Assembly (NCBI RefSeq): GCF_000328665.1
Contig: NC_019977.1
Span: 1,976,011 to 2,040,010, forward strand
Source of the DNA: Methanomethylovorans hollandica DSM 15978
GTDB lineage: Archaea; Halobacteriota; Methanosarcinia; Methanosarcinales; Methanosarcinaceae
Length of the DNA: 64,000 bases
Direction: 5' to 3'
Shown here: positions 1-10,536 of the stretch, piece after piece
Position numbering within the stretch: position 1 is the stretch's first letter
Layout of the letters: each line of letters opens with the position of its first letter
Program-made: the position numbers and the translations under genes
The notes under the pieces: generated by a model
Told to the model about the DNA's origin: nothing
Database searches by the model: none
The model's input: the letters and a program-made list of their open reading frames with translations, nothing else

Positions 1-187
1 TCTGCTGATGAGAGGATTCATGGAACAGAGCGGTTACCCTAATGTCTGTCTTTCAAGATATGAAACCAGCATTATAGATGACTTCCTTAATAATTATAGT
101 AATTATGAATTCGATGTGGACATCAATGCTCTTAAGAGTCCTTCTAAAGAAATAGTCGATATCTTGACAGAGAAAATGACCTTTTAA
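1..187 (+). CDS. 3' end of a gene truncated by the window start (possibly polysaccharide-related)
   Basis: Frame 2 is open from base 2 to TAA at 185-187 (LLMRGFMEQSGYPNV...TEKMTF*); converges on the flippase. Confidence 0.5.
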   Translation, partial: LLMRGFMEQSGYPNVCLSRYETSIIDDFLNNYSNYEFDVDINALKSPSKEIVDILTEKMTF

Positions 188-1431
188 TGAGCATATTGTC
201 TGTAAACGTATAAGGACGATACAACAAGCCCTAGCAAGCAAGCTGTACATGTGGCCATGGCCGCACCATCCACGCCGTATGAAGGAATAAGCGATCGGTT
301 GAGAAATATATCAAGTACAAGTACAAACAAACTGATGAGCATTGAAATACGTGGTTTTCCAATGCCATTGATCACAGTAGTGAACAGAGAGAACAAACCA
401 AAGAAACCCATGCCTATGGTAAGTACTCCCAATGCAGTAGAACCTGCTGAATACTGGTCCGAAAACAGGAAACTTAACACCTGTTCCGAAAAAAGGACTA
501 TAAAAGAAGTAGAAGGAACAAGTACGAACATGGAATACTTCACTGATTTTATGATCTGCCGGATCATTTGGGATCTGTCATTGTGTACTGACATGCTTGA
601 GATCGCGGGGAACAGAGCTCCATATATGCCTGCAATGATGAAAAAAGGCACTTTTGAGATGGTAGATACTGCAGAATAGATACCTGCATCCATGTCTGTC
701 AGATAGGCCTTGACAAAGAAAAGATCAAAGTTCAGAATCAGGTTAGTAGCTGCTGAATAGAACACAATGGGAGTTGCAAAATTCAGTATGGTCCGTGCAG
801 AGACCATACTGTGCCCATTGCTCGATGCCTGTAGCCGATCATCAGCAGAATGGACAAGATGGAGAGAAAGAAACATAATGGCCACTGATGATAGTATAAA
901 ACCGCTTATTGCACCATAAAGTGCATAGGAAGTTAATGCAAAACCTAGTATGAACAGTACCTTAAAAACTGAATATAGGATTAACATTAATGATTGTTTG
1001 CCATATTCCTTTAACCCGTTGAAATAACCAATATACAGGGCTTGTAATGCATAAGCTGGAACAATGAAAGAAGAGAGCTTCAGATAGGGAGCCATGCCCG
1101 GATCGTTCAACATGGTCGCGAGCTGGTCGGCAAAGGAATAATAGGCAATGAACATGATCAGACTGAACGTCAATTGCATATTTTGTGCAGTGCGCTTAAC
1201 ATGTAATTCATTACCATCACCTTGAGCCACGTATTTAGAAACGGCCTGTGGTATACCCGTTGAAAGGATAAGATTGACCATTGTCATAAGTGAAATGACA
1301 ACTGCATATAGGCCATAATCCTCTGGACCTAAGAGTCTGCCTAATCCAATATGTGTTGCATAGCCCGAAAGGACAAAAGAGATCTGAGCTGCTATTAAAA
1401 AGATAGTTCCGTGTCTTAAACTATGTTTCAT
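184..1431 (-). CDS. Oligosaccharide flippase (Wzx/MOP superfamily)
   Basis: Many TM helices, RLLGPEDYGLY motif, PSYGVDGAAMAT C-terminus; likely start MKHSLR at 1431. Confidence 0.9.
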   Translation of the reverse strand: MKHSLRHGTIFLIAAQISFVLSGYATHIGLGRLLGPEDYGLYAVVISLMTMVNLILSTGIPQAVSKYVAQGDGNELHVKRTAQNMQLTFSLIMFIAYYSFADQLATMLNDPGMAPYLKLSSFIVPAYALQALYIGYFNGLKEYGKQSLMLILYSVFKVLFILGFALTSYALYGAISGFILSSVAIMFLSLHLVHSADDRLQASSNGHSMVSARTILNFATPIVFYSAATNLILNFDLFFVKAYLTDMDAGIYSAVSTISKVPFFIIAGIYGALFPAISSMSVHNDRSQMIRQIIKSVKYSMFVLVPSTSFIVLFSEQVLSFLFSDQYSAGSTALGVLTIGMGFFGLFSLFTTVINGIGKPRISMLISLFVLVLDIFLNRSLIPSYGVDGAAMATCTACLLGLVVSSLYVYRQYAH

Positions 1432-1839
1432 TTTTACCTTTGAACATATATGCATTCTATTATCTGAAAAAAATGATCTTAATGGTGTTTGACCTATGTG
1501 CGAATGTTGCTATATTTTATGAAACTTGCCTGCTTTTTTCACTGCAAAGTATTGATATGAGGATACAGTAGATGATACAATAGATATAAGACCTGTAGGG
1601 AATGCCCAGCTCGAGAAAATAAGCTCAGCTTTCTTCTTCCTCCTGAGCTCATTAAGGCCCGTATCCCGCTACATGAGGACATAGAACAGATGAGATCAGA
1701 CCCTTCTTCACATACTTCTGTCCTATTTCCAATATCCATCGGGTCCGGTAGTCATCTTTTTTCCGTGGAAAAGATGATTTTATTACAAAGACACTCATGA
1801 GAGAATTTTATAATGCCGGTGTATCTGGATAAATTGCAA

Positions 1840-2781
1840 TTATTCCATTTCTATTTTCTTTAAACGGTACAGTATTTCCTCCTCCCTTATCCGCTGATAC
1901 TTCAGCGTGTCAGCGATCAGACCGAATACGAGTATCTGTAAACCGGTAAGACATAACATCGTTGTAAGTATGGCGTAGGAGATGTTTGGGACTACAGCCC
2001 CTGTAGTAAAATATTGGACCATTGCCGTTGCGCCTGATAACACTGCGATGAAAAGGAACATGAACCCTATAGATGCAAAGACTTTCATGGGCTCATAATC
2101 ACGATATGTGCGTAGTATTACAGCAGTTGCACGCTGTGCATAATGGAACACACCCGACATAAGTCTGGAGTTACCTTCTCGTTTTCTGAACTCGATAGGG
2201 ATCTCTACCAGAGTAAGATTGTGGTTCACAGCCTGCATAATGGTTTCCTGTACATAGGTATAGTCAGCAAGGATATTCATTCTTAGTGCAGCATCCCTTG
2301 TGAAAGCTCTGAAACCTGTTTGTGCATCTGTCACAGGATAACCTGAGGCCATGCGTGTCACACGTGTGGCCAGGATATTACCGATCTTTTTTTGAGGAGA
2401 CATGTATTCAATGTGCCCCCTGAATCGGGAACCTAATACGATATCAGCTTTATCCTGGAGAATAGGAGCGATCAGATCAGGGATTTGACTTTGGTTATAT
2501 TGAAAATCAGCATCGGTATTCACAATGATGTCTGCTCCCCTTTCCAGACAAGCTTCAAGCCCTTTACGGAAAGCTAATGCAAGCCCAAGGTTTTCCTTTT
2601 GTGAGACAATATGATCAGCACCAGCTTCCAGAGCGACTTTTACAGTGGAATCTGTAGAGCCATCATTGATCACAAGAACTTCTACTTTATCTATTCCCTT
2701 TATTTGCCGGGGTATCTCTCTGATAACTTTTTCAATTGTTTTTTCTTCATTGTAGGCTGGGATCATGACAATAAGCTTCAT
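1840..2781 (-). CDS. Glycosyltransferase family 2 (DPM1-like) with C-terminal TM helices
   Basis: MIPAYNEE, INDGSTD, DADFQY, DAQTGFRA motifs; likely start MKLIVM at 2781. Confidence 0.92.
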   Translation of the reverse strand: MKLIVMIPAYNEEKTIEKVIREIPRQIKGIDKVEVLVINDGSTDSTVKVALEAGADHIVSQKENLGLALAFRKGLEACLERGADIIVNTDADFQYNQSQIPDLIAPILQDKADIVLGSRFRGHIEYMSPQKKIGNILATRVTRMASGYPVTDAQTGFRAFTRDAALRMNILADYTYVQETIMQAVNHNLTLVEIPIEFRKREGNSRLMSGVFHYAQRATAVILRTYRDYEPMKVFASIGFMFLFIAVLSGATAMVQYFTTGAVVPNISYAILTTMLCLTGLQILVFGLIADTLKYQRIREEEILYRLKKIEME

Positions 2782-2952
2782 CCTATTTAATATAAAATTG
2801 AAAGAATAAATATTTTTGGTTGTACATCCGCATCTATGAGGTAGTTGTTTAAAAAGATCTGAAACCATAGACAAAGAGACCTGGAGAATAGAAAAGTTTT
2901 TGTATATAGCCAACGATGATAAACAGAAATAAAATAATAATGATGAATATAA

Positions 2953-5388
2953 ATGAAAAACAAATTGCTTATTTCACTTACAGGTAGTACTGAGATCAGA
3001 TCGGATAACATATTACAACAAACATTAAGATTTCTCCACATCCCGGAAAAAGACCAGATATTATCAGAGATCAATAAACTAATTGCTTCTATGGCCTATC
3101 CGAAAAAGGAAATAAAAGATAAGGAATGCGTGTACAAGATAAAAAAAACGAGAAATAAAAACTCCATTATTATAGAATGTGGTGATTGCAAAGGAAACTC
3201 TACATTAAATGAGCCCATATGCAGGTCTAACATATTTAAGATCTTGATTAAAGAAACAGTAACCGAAAAACTTGTAATATCAAATCTTTATGACAGGGAA
3301 TATGACGGAACTATCCTGCAAAAAATATACTCACTTGCCCGTCTGGAAGATCATTTACTATCATATAAGAACATGGAAACAGTTTTCTATGATTGTACAT
3401 ATGACCCCAGAGATACCTGCATAAAGAACAGAAAAGAAGCGATGGAGCAGATCATCGATTCAGCAAGGGAATCTCCATTTAGAGCATACATGAATGCTGA
3501 AAGAAAGATGGATCAACTAAAATATGAAACTGAAAAGTTAATTCATCCTGAATGCAATAAGTGCATCGAGAATTTCCATGAAACATTAAAGGATATAATA
3601 ATAAACATCCAGCCTTTACTGAAGAGTTTTCTGTGCGAGGCAGATGGGAGTTTTGATCACGAGAAAAATCTTCAGCCATATGTAAGGCCTTTGTTCTCTA
3701 CATCCCGGATCTATACTGAACCACCACTGAGTACTATTTTTATTGAATGTTATGATGTACAGAGAGAAGATGGAAGAAAATTGCCCATATCTATTTATGA
3801 GTTTACTGATAAACCCGAAAAACTGTATGTAGTAAACCCGGCTGAATACAACATGCAGCCTGAAGAACTTTTGCTCATTGAGAACGTACGTGCTCGTATG
3901 ATCAGACATCGGCCGGAAGATATGAATTTTGCAGATCCTACCCTTTCAAGAGAATATTTCCGAAGGCTTTGCAAAAGATTACTGCATGAAGAGGCAAGAG
4001 ATAAAAAGGTAGTTTTATCACCTACTCAGCTTGATATGTATTCTGATCTGCTGGCAAAATACACAACCGGGCTTGGCATTCTAGAAGATGTGTTATCTGA
4101 TGAAAGGATTACAGATATTTATGTCAATGCGCCTGCGGATAAGAATCCTGTGCATGTGGTGAGGAATGGTGAAGAATGCACTACTAACATTTTTCTGTCT
4201 CAGGAAGAAATGGATTCCATGGTATCCAGGTTCAGGACGATAAGTGGGAGACCTTTTGGAGAAGCAACACCTGTTCTGGAAATGGCACTTAAAGAATACG
4301 GAGTACGTGTTTCGGTCATAGGTGATCCATTAAGTGCAAAAGGAATGGCCTATGCATTTCGAAAACACGCAAAAGCTCCCTGGACACTACCCAAACTCAT
4401 CAATACCGGTGCTATCACACCCCTTACAGCTGGTCTGCTTAGTTTCATGATGGATGGGCATGCATCAGTACTCATAGCCGGGGGAGTAGGAGCAGGTAAA
4501 ACGTCTCTTTTATGTGCCATGCTTATGGAAATGCCCCAGAAATACAGGATACTGACCATAGAAGACACACCCGAAATCCCTCTTGAAGAATTACAAAAGC
4601 TGGGATGGAAAGCACAGGGACTCAATGCTCAGTCCTCCATAGTAAGATCCAGTATTGAGATAGACCCTGCCACAGCCCTGCGTGCATCTCTGCGGCTTGG
4701 CAGTTCATCTCTGGTAATAGGTGAAGTGAGGGGGCCTGAAGTTTCAATGTTATATGAAGCAATGCAGATAGGCACTGCAGGAAATTCTGTGATAGGAACC
4801 ATTCATGGTGCTTCCACAAATGCGGTCTATGAAAGGATAGTACACACCCTGGGAGTACCACCCGCATCTTTCAGAGCCACTGACGCCGTAATAGTGTGTT
4901 CCAATACCCGTATAGCCGGCAGTATGGCTACAAAACGTAAAGTGATACAGATAGCTGAAGTGAATGAAGTATGGGATCCTGATAACACATACAGCGTTTT
5001 CTCGGAAATTCTCACTTTCGATGCCTCGGTTAATTCACTGGTACCAACAGACCTGCTTGACAGGGGGCAGTCCGCATTGATCAGAAAAATTGCAAGGAAA
5101 TGGGGAATATCCGTGGACGAAGCTTCAAAGAACATTCGTATCCGGGCAAGTATGAAACTTAAAATGGCAGAGTATGGTAGAACAGATCCGGCATTCCTAG
5201 AAGCTGAAATGGTATCTGTCGCGAATAACATGTTCTGGATGTTCATGGAAAAGGAAAAAGAATTTTCCGGAAAACCAGACGTACAGCGCGTATATGACAA
5301 ATGGTGTACGTGGCTTAAGCAGATAGTGGATACCAGGATTGAAGAGAAGCCTGTTACAACTGCAGACAAAATACTATGTTCTGTATAA
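2953..5388 (+). CDS. Type II/IV secretion / type IV pilus-like assembly ATPase (VirB11/TadA family) with Cys-rich N-terminal region
   Basis: Walker A GGVGAGKT, Asp box TIEDTPE, Walker B VIGEVRG, His box GTIHG. Confidence 0.9.
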   Translation: MKNKLLISLTGSTEIRSDNILQQTLRFLHIPEKDQILSEINKLIASMAYPKKEIKDKECVYKIKKTRNKNSIIIECGDCKGNSTLNEPICRSNIFKILIKETVTEKLVISNLYDREYDGTILQKIYSLARLEDHLLSYKNMETVFYDCTYDPRDTCIKNRKEAMEQIIDSARESPFRAYMNAERKMDQLKYETEKLIHPECNKCIENFHETLKDIIINIQPLLKSFLCEADGSFDHEKNLQPYVRPLFSTSRIYTEPPLSTIFIECYDVQREDGRKLPISIYEFTDKPEKLYVVNPAEYNMQPEELLLIENVRARMIRHRPEDMNFADPTLSREYFRRLCKRLLHEEARDKKVVLSPTQLDMYSDLLAKYTTGLGILEDVLSDERITDIYVNAPADKNPVHVVRNGEECTTNIFLSQEEMDSMVSRFRTISGRPFGEATPVLEMALKEYGVRVSVIGDPLSAKGMAYAFRKHAKAPWTLPKLINTGAITPLTAGLLSFMMDGHASVLIAGGVGAGKTSLLCAMLMEMPQKYRILTIEDTPEIPLEELQKLGWKAQGLNAQSSIVRSSIEIDPATALRASLRLGSSSLVIGEVRGPEVSMLYEAMQIGTAGNSVIGTIHGASTNAVYERIVHTLGVPPASFRATDAVIVCSNTRIAGSMATKRKVIQIAEVNEVWDPDNTYSVFSEILTFDASVNSLVPTDLLDRGQSALIRKIARKWGISVDEASKNIRIRASMKLKMAEYGRTDPAFLEAEMVSVANNMFWMFMEKEKEFSGKPDVQRVYDKWCTWLKQIVDTRIEEKPVTTADKILCSV

Positions 5389-5413
5389 TTGGCTGATGCG
5401 TTACATGGTGGAC

Positions 5414-7354
5414 ATGATGCATAATGATAACTGGTACTACAGAGGATGCAAATTTACCTGGAAACATTTCTCCGGATTCATTAAAGACCATGGGGAATTC
5501 AAAAAGAAAAGCGAGACAGCAGTTAGTCCGGAGCATATGAATTCCCTTGTTTATGCGGGCTTTGACCTGGAACCTTATGAAACCACATTGTTTTCCTATA
5601 CAGGATCTGCAGGGATATTCCTTATAATCCTGTTTACAGACACATTGTTTTTCAGATTCACTACAATTTCATCCGGCATGCTAGCAGCAATAGCTATTAC
5701 AAGCCTGATCTTACCGATTGCAGCTTTGTGGTATCTCAGTGAATATGTGAAGATCCATGCCAGACACATGAAAATAACATCATTGGGAGACATGCCTGAA
5801 GTAATGAGCTATGTGGTAATGTCCATGAAGATAGTACCTAATATGGAAAAAGCCGTGCATTTTGCCGCAGAGAACTCTAACAGGCCCCTTTCCAGAGATC
5901 TAAGGAAGATGCTATGGAATCTCCATTTACGAGTATATGCTGGCATGGATGATGCTGTGGTCCAGTTCTCAGAGATGTGGGGGAAGAACAGTGAACATTT
6001 CAAAAGGTCATTACACCTGATCAGAAGCTCCATGAGCGAAACTGATCCAGCACAGCGTACTTTAACATTGAACCGGTCATTGGATATTATACTGGACGGT
6101 ACGAGGAACCTTATGGAGAGCTATGCTGCGAAACTTAAGCTCCCTACATATGTACTATACTCAATATTCATTCTCATACCCCTGGCTCTGGTTGCATTGC
6201 TGCCTGCAATGGCAGTTGTAGGGATACGTATCACAACTATGAACCTTGTGCTGATGTATGATATAATATTGCCCTTGATCACATTTATGTATGCAGAATA
6301 CGTGCTCATGCAAAGGCCGGCATCGTTTGTACCTCAGAAAATAGCGGATACTCATCCTGAACTTGAAGGTCTGCCATATAAAAGAAAAAAGGAATTTATT
6401 AGTGCAGTGGTCGCTGGTATTGCCATATGCAGTACAGGATATATTTTGCTGCAAGCTGGAAATCCTTATGGGATCATTTCAACAGCTGTACTTGAGGGCT
6501 TGATGCCCACCGCACTGCTGATATTACTTGGCATAAGTATGATGCTCTCATGGTATCTTAATGCTGCCTATGGCCCGTATAAAAGAATAAGAGACAAGAT
6601 AATAGCTATGGAAAATGAGTTTGCAGATGCTTTGTTCATCCTGGGCAGAAGAATATCGGAAGGCAGGTCTGCTGAAGAGGCTTTTGTGCATACTGCTGTC
6701 AATATGAAAGGAGCATCCATCAGCGAACCGTTCGAAAAAATAGCTATGAACGTAGCATGTATGAGATGTGAACTATATAGTGCGATATTCGATGAGGAAT
6801 ACGGTGCATTCAAGAACGTATATTCGGAAAGAATAAACACTACTATGAAGCTATTCCTGGAAAGCGTACACAAAAGCCATGAAGCTGCAGGTGTGGCCAT
6901 AGTGAAGCTGGCAGATCATATGACCGACCTGCAGGAAGTGGAGAGACGTATAAAGGAATCACTGTATGATATGACATCTACGATGAAGTCAACAGCATGC
7001 ATATTTGCCCCGCTTATAGCAGGAGTGACAATTGCACTATCGGAGGTCATTGCGAAGATCCTGCAGAACGTGGCACACAGCATATCCAGACTGCCACCAA
7101 ATGTGATACCAGGGCCTGCGGATATATCTCCCGAAAACCTGGAACTCTCCATTGGCCCAAATATGTTCATGCTGTCAATTGGCATATATCTTATACTTAT
7201 CACCACGATCCTAATCCGATTCTCAACAGCTATTGAATACGGGGGGGATAAAAGCCAGATGATGTATGAGCTCTCCAGAGCACTGCCAATATCGATAATT
7301 GTGTTCTCTGTATCAGCTATCGCCTCAAGGATAATTTTCAGAGGATTTATATAA
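5414..7354 (+). CDS. TadC/T2SS-F-like membrane platform protein (start uncertain, 5339-5417)
   Basis: Multi-TM protein with two cytoplasmic domains, directly downstream of the secretion ATPase. Confidence 0.8.
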   Translation: MMHNDNWYYRGCKFTWKHFSGFIKDHGEFKKKSETAVSPEHMNSLVYAGFDLEPYETTLFSYTGSAGIFLIILFTDTLFFRFTTISSGMLAAIAITSLILPIAALWYLSEYVKIHARHMKITSLGDMPEVMSYVVMSMKIVPNMEKAVHFAAENSNRPLSRDLRKMLWNLHLRVYAGMDDAVVQFSEMWGKNSEHFKRSLHLIRSSMSETDPAQRTLTLNRSLDIILDGTRNLMESYAAKLKLPTYVLYSIFILIPLALVALLPAMAVVGIRITTMNLVLMYDIILPLITFMYAEYVLMQRPASFVPQKIADTHPELEGLPYKRKKEFISAVVAGIAICSTGYILLQAGNPYGIISTAVLEGLMPTALLILLGISMMLSWYLNAAYGPYKRIRDKIIAMENEFADALFILGRRISEGRSAEEAFVHTAVNMKGASISEPFEKIAMNVACMRCELYSAIFDEEYGAFKNVYSERINTTMKLFLESVHKSHEAAGVAIVKLADHMTDLQEVERRIKESLYDMTSTMKSTACIFAPLIAGVTIALSEVIAKILQNVAHSISRLPPNVIPGPADISPENLELSIGPNMFMLSIGIYLILITTILIRFSTAIEYGGDKSQMMYELSRALPISIIVFSVSAIASRIIFRGFI

Positions 7355-7395
7355 GAGAATTTAGTAGCAGACGGCAGGCAGATCATTATGAAATA

Positions 7396-7584
7396 TTATT
7401 CCATATAGATCAGAGCCTTGTTAGGACAACAACGTACACAAAGCATGCATCGGTCACACAGATCATGATCGATCTTTGGCCTGTCATCAACTGTTCTTTT
7501 AAGAGCAGAGTTCGGACAAACTGTTCTGCACCTACCGCATTTTTTACAGCCAGAAACAACTATATACCCTTTACTCAACACCAC
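7396..7584 (-). CDS. 2x[4Fe-4S] ferredoxin
   Basis: CKKCGRCRTVCP and CDRCMLCVRCCP motifs. Confidence 0.85.
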   Translation of the reverse strand: MVLSKGYIVVSGCKKCGRCRTVCPNSALKRTVDDRPKIDHDLCDRCMLCVRCCPNKALIYME

Positions 7585-7666
7585 ATAATAAGCAAAGATA
7601 TAAAGGTATTTAAGGAAAATGGACTAAACAATAGATATATATGATAAGATCTATGGTTGCGTCATT

Positions 7667-8722
7667 ATGCTGAAAATATCTGAGGGAGAAGCTGGTTCAT
7701 ATTACACATATCTTTCCACTGGCTGTAAATTATGCCAGGAAGGAGCAAAAATGGTGCTTTTTATAACCGGCATTTGTGGAAAGAACTGTTTCTATTGCCC
7801 TATTTCTAATGAAAGAAAAGCAGATATCACTTTTGCAAATGAAAGACTTATTAATTCAGATAAAGATATACTGGAAGAGGCATGGCAGATGGGAGCACTC
7901 GGCACTGGAATAACGGGTGGGGAACCTTTGCTCAAACCTGAAAAAGTGCTCAGATATATTAAGCTGCTTAAAGAAGAGTTTGGAAAATCGCATCACATCC
8001 ATTTATATACTGCATTGCCTGTTGATGGGAATCTACTGAAAAAACTCGCATTTGCCGGACTTGATGAAATGAGGTTTCATCCACCTGTAGAGATATGGAA
8101 CAGTAACATGGAGAATTATGCAAGTTCTATTAAAAAAGCGATGGAAACAGGAATGGAAACAGGAATGGAGATCCCGGCAATAAAGGGGGCAAATGAAGTG
8201 TCCAGAATGGCAAACGAACTGGGCTGCTTCCTCAACCTGAACGAACTGGAATTCTCAGATACGAACTCTGAGCAGATGAAAGTAAGAAACTATAGTTTCC
8301 AGGATGAGATATCAAATGCTGTGGCGGGTTCGTACAATATAGGGATGGAAATTTTAAAGACCACCGAAAAGGGGCACTTGTGCACCTCAAGATACAAAGA
8401 TGCAGTCCAGTTGCGAAGAAGGTTACTGCGCATAGCTGAAAGATCTGCCAGGGAATTTGATGAGATCACAGAAGATGGAACGCTTATCTATGGAGTGATA
8501 ACCTGCAACTGTGAGAAAAAATCTGCAAAGGAGATGGGAGAGTTGTTGTTATCATCAGGTGTGCCTGAAGAATTGTTCCTGGTAGAAAAAGAAGAGATAC
8601 ATATAGCTGCCTGGATACTTGAAGACATAATTATGAAAATATCATCATATGTAAAAGAAATGTATATCATTGAAAGATATCCATTTCCAGGCGGGATGGT
8701 AGTAGAAAAGATCCCACTCTGA
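7667..8722 (+). CDS. Radical SAM protein (conserved archaeal family)
   Basis: CGKNCFYC (CxxxCxxC) and ITGGEPL motifs. Confidence 0.9.
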   Translation: MLKISEGEAGSYYTYLSTGCKLCQEGAKMVLFITGICGKNCFYCPISNERKADITFANERLINSDKDILEEAWQMGALGTGITGGEPLLKPEKVLRYIKLLKEEFGKSHHIHLYTALPVDGNLLKKLAFAGLDEMRFHPPVEIWNSNMENYASSIKKAMETGMETGMEIPAIKGANEVSRMANELGCFLNLNELEFSDTNSEQMKVRNYSFQDEISNAVAGSYNIGMEILKTTEKGHLCTSRYKDAVQLRRRLLRIAERSAREFDEITEDGTLIYGVITCNCEKKSAKEMGELLLSSGVPEELFLVEKEEIHIAAWILEDIIMKISSYVKEMYIIERYPFPGGMVVEKIPL

Positions 8723-8840
8723 AACCCAAGTTATATATGCATGAATGATATACGTAGTTCAGTTTGGCTACCAATAGCTGTTTAATTTATATAAATCACA
8801 ATAACTTTATAAACTAATATCGCATATAAAAAAAAACGAG

Positions 8841-9152
8841 GTGTTTGTACTGGAAACGATAGAGGACCGCGTGAGGGAGAGGCTCATAAAATATCTCAGC
8901 AGAGATGATACCGGCATTCGTAAAGTGGTATTGCAGCTTTTTCTTGAAGGGGACAAGTTCACGACAGGTGACGTGTACGGGTACCTGAATAAAACTGATT
9001 TCAATGTAAGCTACAGAGGAGTTTCTGCCATGGTCGGTTTAATGAACACAAGACTTGGAATTCTCAGCATTGACGTGACTGGAGACCATAACATATATCT
9101 TCTTAAAGAGGATTACAGGGATGTGGTTCGTTCAGTACTTGAAAATTACTAA
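8841..9152 (+). CDS. Conserved methanogen protein (DUF2551-like, winged-helix-like)
   Basis: YLSRDDTGIRK and VSAMVGLMNTRLGIL motifs recalled for this family. Confidence 0.7.
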   Translation: MFVLETIEDRVRERLIKYLSRDDTGIRKVVLQLFLEGDKFTTGDVYGYLNKTDFNVSYRGVSAMVGLMNTRLGILSIDVTGDHNIYLLKEDYRDVVRSVLENY

Positions 9153-9261
9153 AATTGATTGTAGAAAACACCTCAAAATAACATTTTTGTAGAATGGACA
9201 CAAATAAGTTGTACAACTGGATAGCCACAAAAGTGTGGAGAGAACCTAGGCAGGGATTTTT

Positions 9262-10143
9262 ATACTCAAATACATAAGTGGGATTGCCTATCGCACATAT
9301 GAGCTTCTTCTTTCAAAGGAAGTTATACATTCAAATGTGCCCGAACATATTGCAATAATCATGGACGGGAACCGCAGATATGCTAATAGGGCTGGAAAAT
9401 TGATCAATTACGGACATGCGAAAGGTGCCAGTGTAACTGAAAAGGTTATCGAATGGTCCCATGAAATAGGCGTCAAACAACTTACCGTATATGCATTTTC
9501 TACAGAGAACTTTAACAGATCTGCTGATGAAAAAGAGAAACTGTTTGAACTTATTGGCCTTAAATTCGATGAGCTTTGCCGGGATGAACGTACCCACAAA
9601 AGAAAAATGCACATCAGAGCCATAGGTGATCTCCAGAAACTACCTTCTGGTTTGCAGGAATCGATCAAAGAAGCCGAGAAGTGCACTGCAGGATATGATA
9701 GATTTTATCTCAATGTGGCTATTGCCTATGGCGGCAGACAAGACATAGTCCAGGCAGTGCGTAAAATTGCAGAAAAGGTTGATAAAGGACAGATCGACCC
9801 GGAAGATATCACAGAGAGTACTATTTCCAATCATCTTTATCCTGTTGCAGGGAATGCAGTCCCCAATGTTGATCTTATAATCCGTACCGGAGGAGACGAG
9901 CGTGTGTCCAATTTCCTTCCCTGGCAGACAGCCGGCAATGAATGTGCTACATATTTTTGTGCACCCTTTTGGCCGGAGTTCAGAAAGATAGATCTCCTGC
10001 GCTCAATAAGGATATACCAGGAACGTTTACAGGAAAAGAAGCGTGTAATGATAAGGCGCAATGCAATTCTTCTAAAGGCTTCAGAGAAGAAGAATACTGA
10101 AATAGTACATAGCTGTCCTGCAAACAACGTGCGCGGTATTTGA
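9262..10143 (+). CDS. uppS: Polyprenyl diphosphate synthase (cis-prenyltransferase, UppS family)
   Basis: [40 protein letters not shown]; frame open upstream of GTG 9337 to a stop at 9247, start uncertain. Confidence 0.93.
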   Translation: MLKYISGIAYRTYELLLSKEVIHSNVPEHIAIIMDGNRRYANRAGKLINYGHAKGASVTEKVIEWSHEIGVKQLTVYAFSTENFNRSADEKEKLFELIGLKFDELCRDERTHKRKMHIRAIGDLQKLPSGLQESIKEAEKCTAGYDRFYLNVAIAYGGRQDIVQAVRKIAEKVDKGQIDPEDITESTISNHLYPVAGNAVPNVDLIIRTGGDERVSNFLPWQTAGNECATYFCAPFWPEFRKIDLLRSIRIYQERLQEKKRVMIRRNAILLKASEKKNTEIVHSCPANNVRGI

Positions 10144-10397
10144 GTGAATTTATATTCAGTCGATTGTACATAATTAGACACTCTACTTAGAAGTTGTTAA
10201 CTACAGATTTGTTTCGAAAATCCTTTTTGCCCTTTTGTAAACATTCTGAAAGAATAGAATGAAAAGATGATCAGAAAATCTTTTTTCTTATGACATAATA
10301 AAACATATTAGTTAAACCAGAAAGAGAGATGTCTTAAGACAGCTTTGAAAGCGCTTTTATTTCACTTCATCTGAAATATTTATTAAAGAGTTAGAAA

Positions 10398-10482
10398 TGC
10401 GGGGGATGGGATTCGAACCCACGAACTCCTACGAGACTAGGCCCTCAACCTAGCGCCTTTGACCGGGCTGGGCAACCCCCGC
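10398..10482 (-). tRNA. tRNA-Leu(GAG)
   Basis: Reverse complement GCGGGGGTTGCCCAGCCCGGTCAAAGGCGCTAGGTTGAGGGCCTAGTCTCGTAGGAGTTCGTGGGTTCGAATCCCATCCCCCGCA; anticodon arm CTAGG-TTGAGGG-CCTAG, long variable arm, no encoded CCA. Confidence 0.96.
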
Positions 10483-10536
10483 GCATGGGGAAAGTACAAT
10501 ATAGGAGATAGCAACCTCCTATATTAATCTGTTGGT

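Noticed and set aside
1456..1839. ORF 1539-1739 / possible gene remnant between flippase and GT2
   Set aside because: No family-like motif in the frames examined
8141..8169. ATGGAAACAGGA tandem repeat (METGMETGME) in the radical SAM gene
   Set aside because: Only two copies, in frame, no evidence of functional significance
10144..10397. Absence of rpl18e-rpl13-rps9-rpoN after tRNA-Leu
   Set aside because: As I recall, this operon split also occurs in other Methanosarcinaceae, so it is not remarkable
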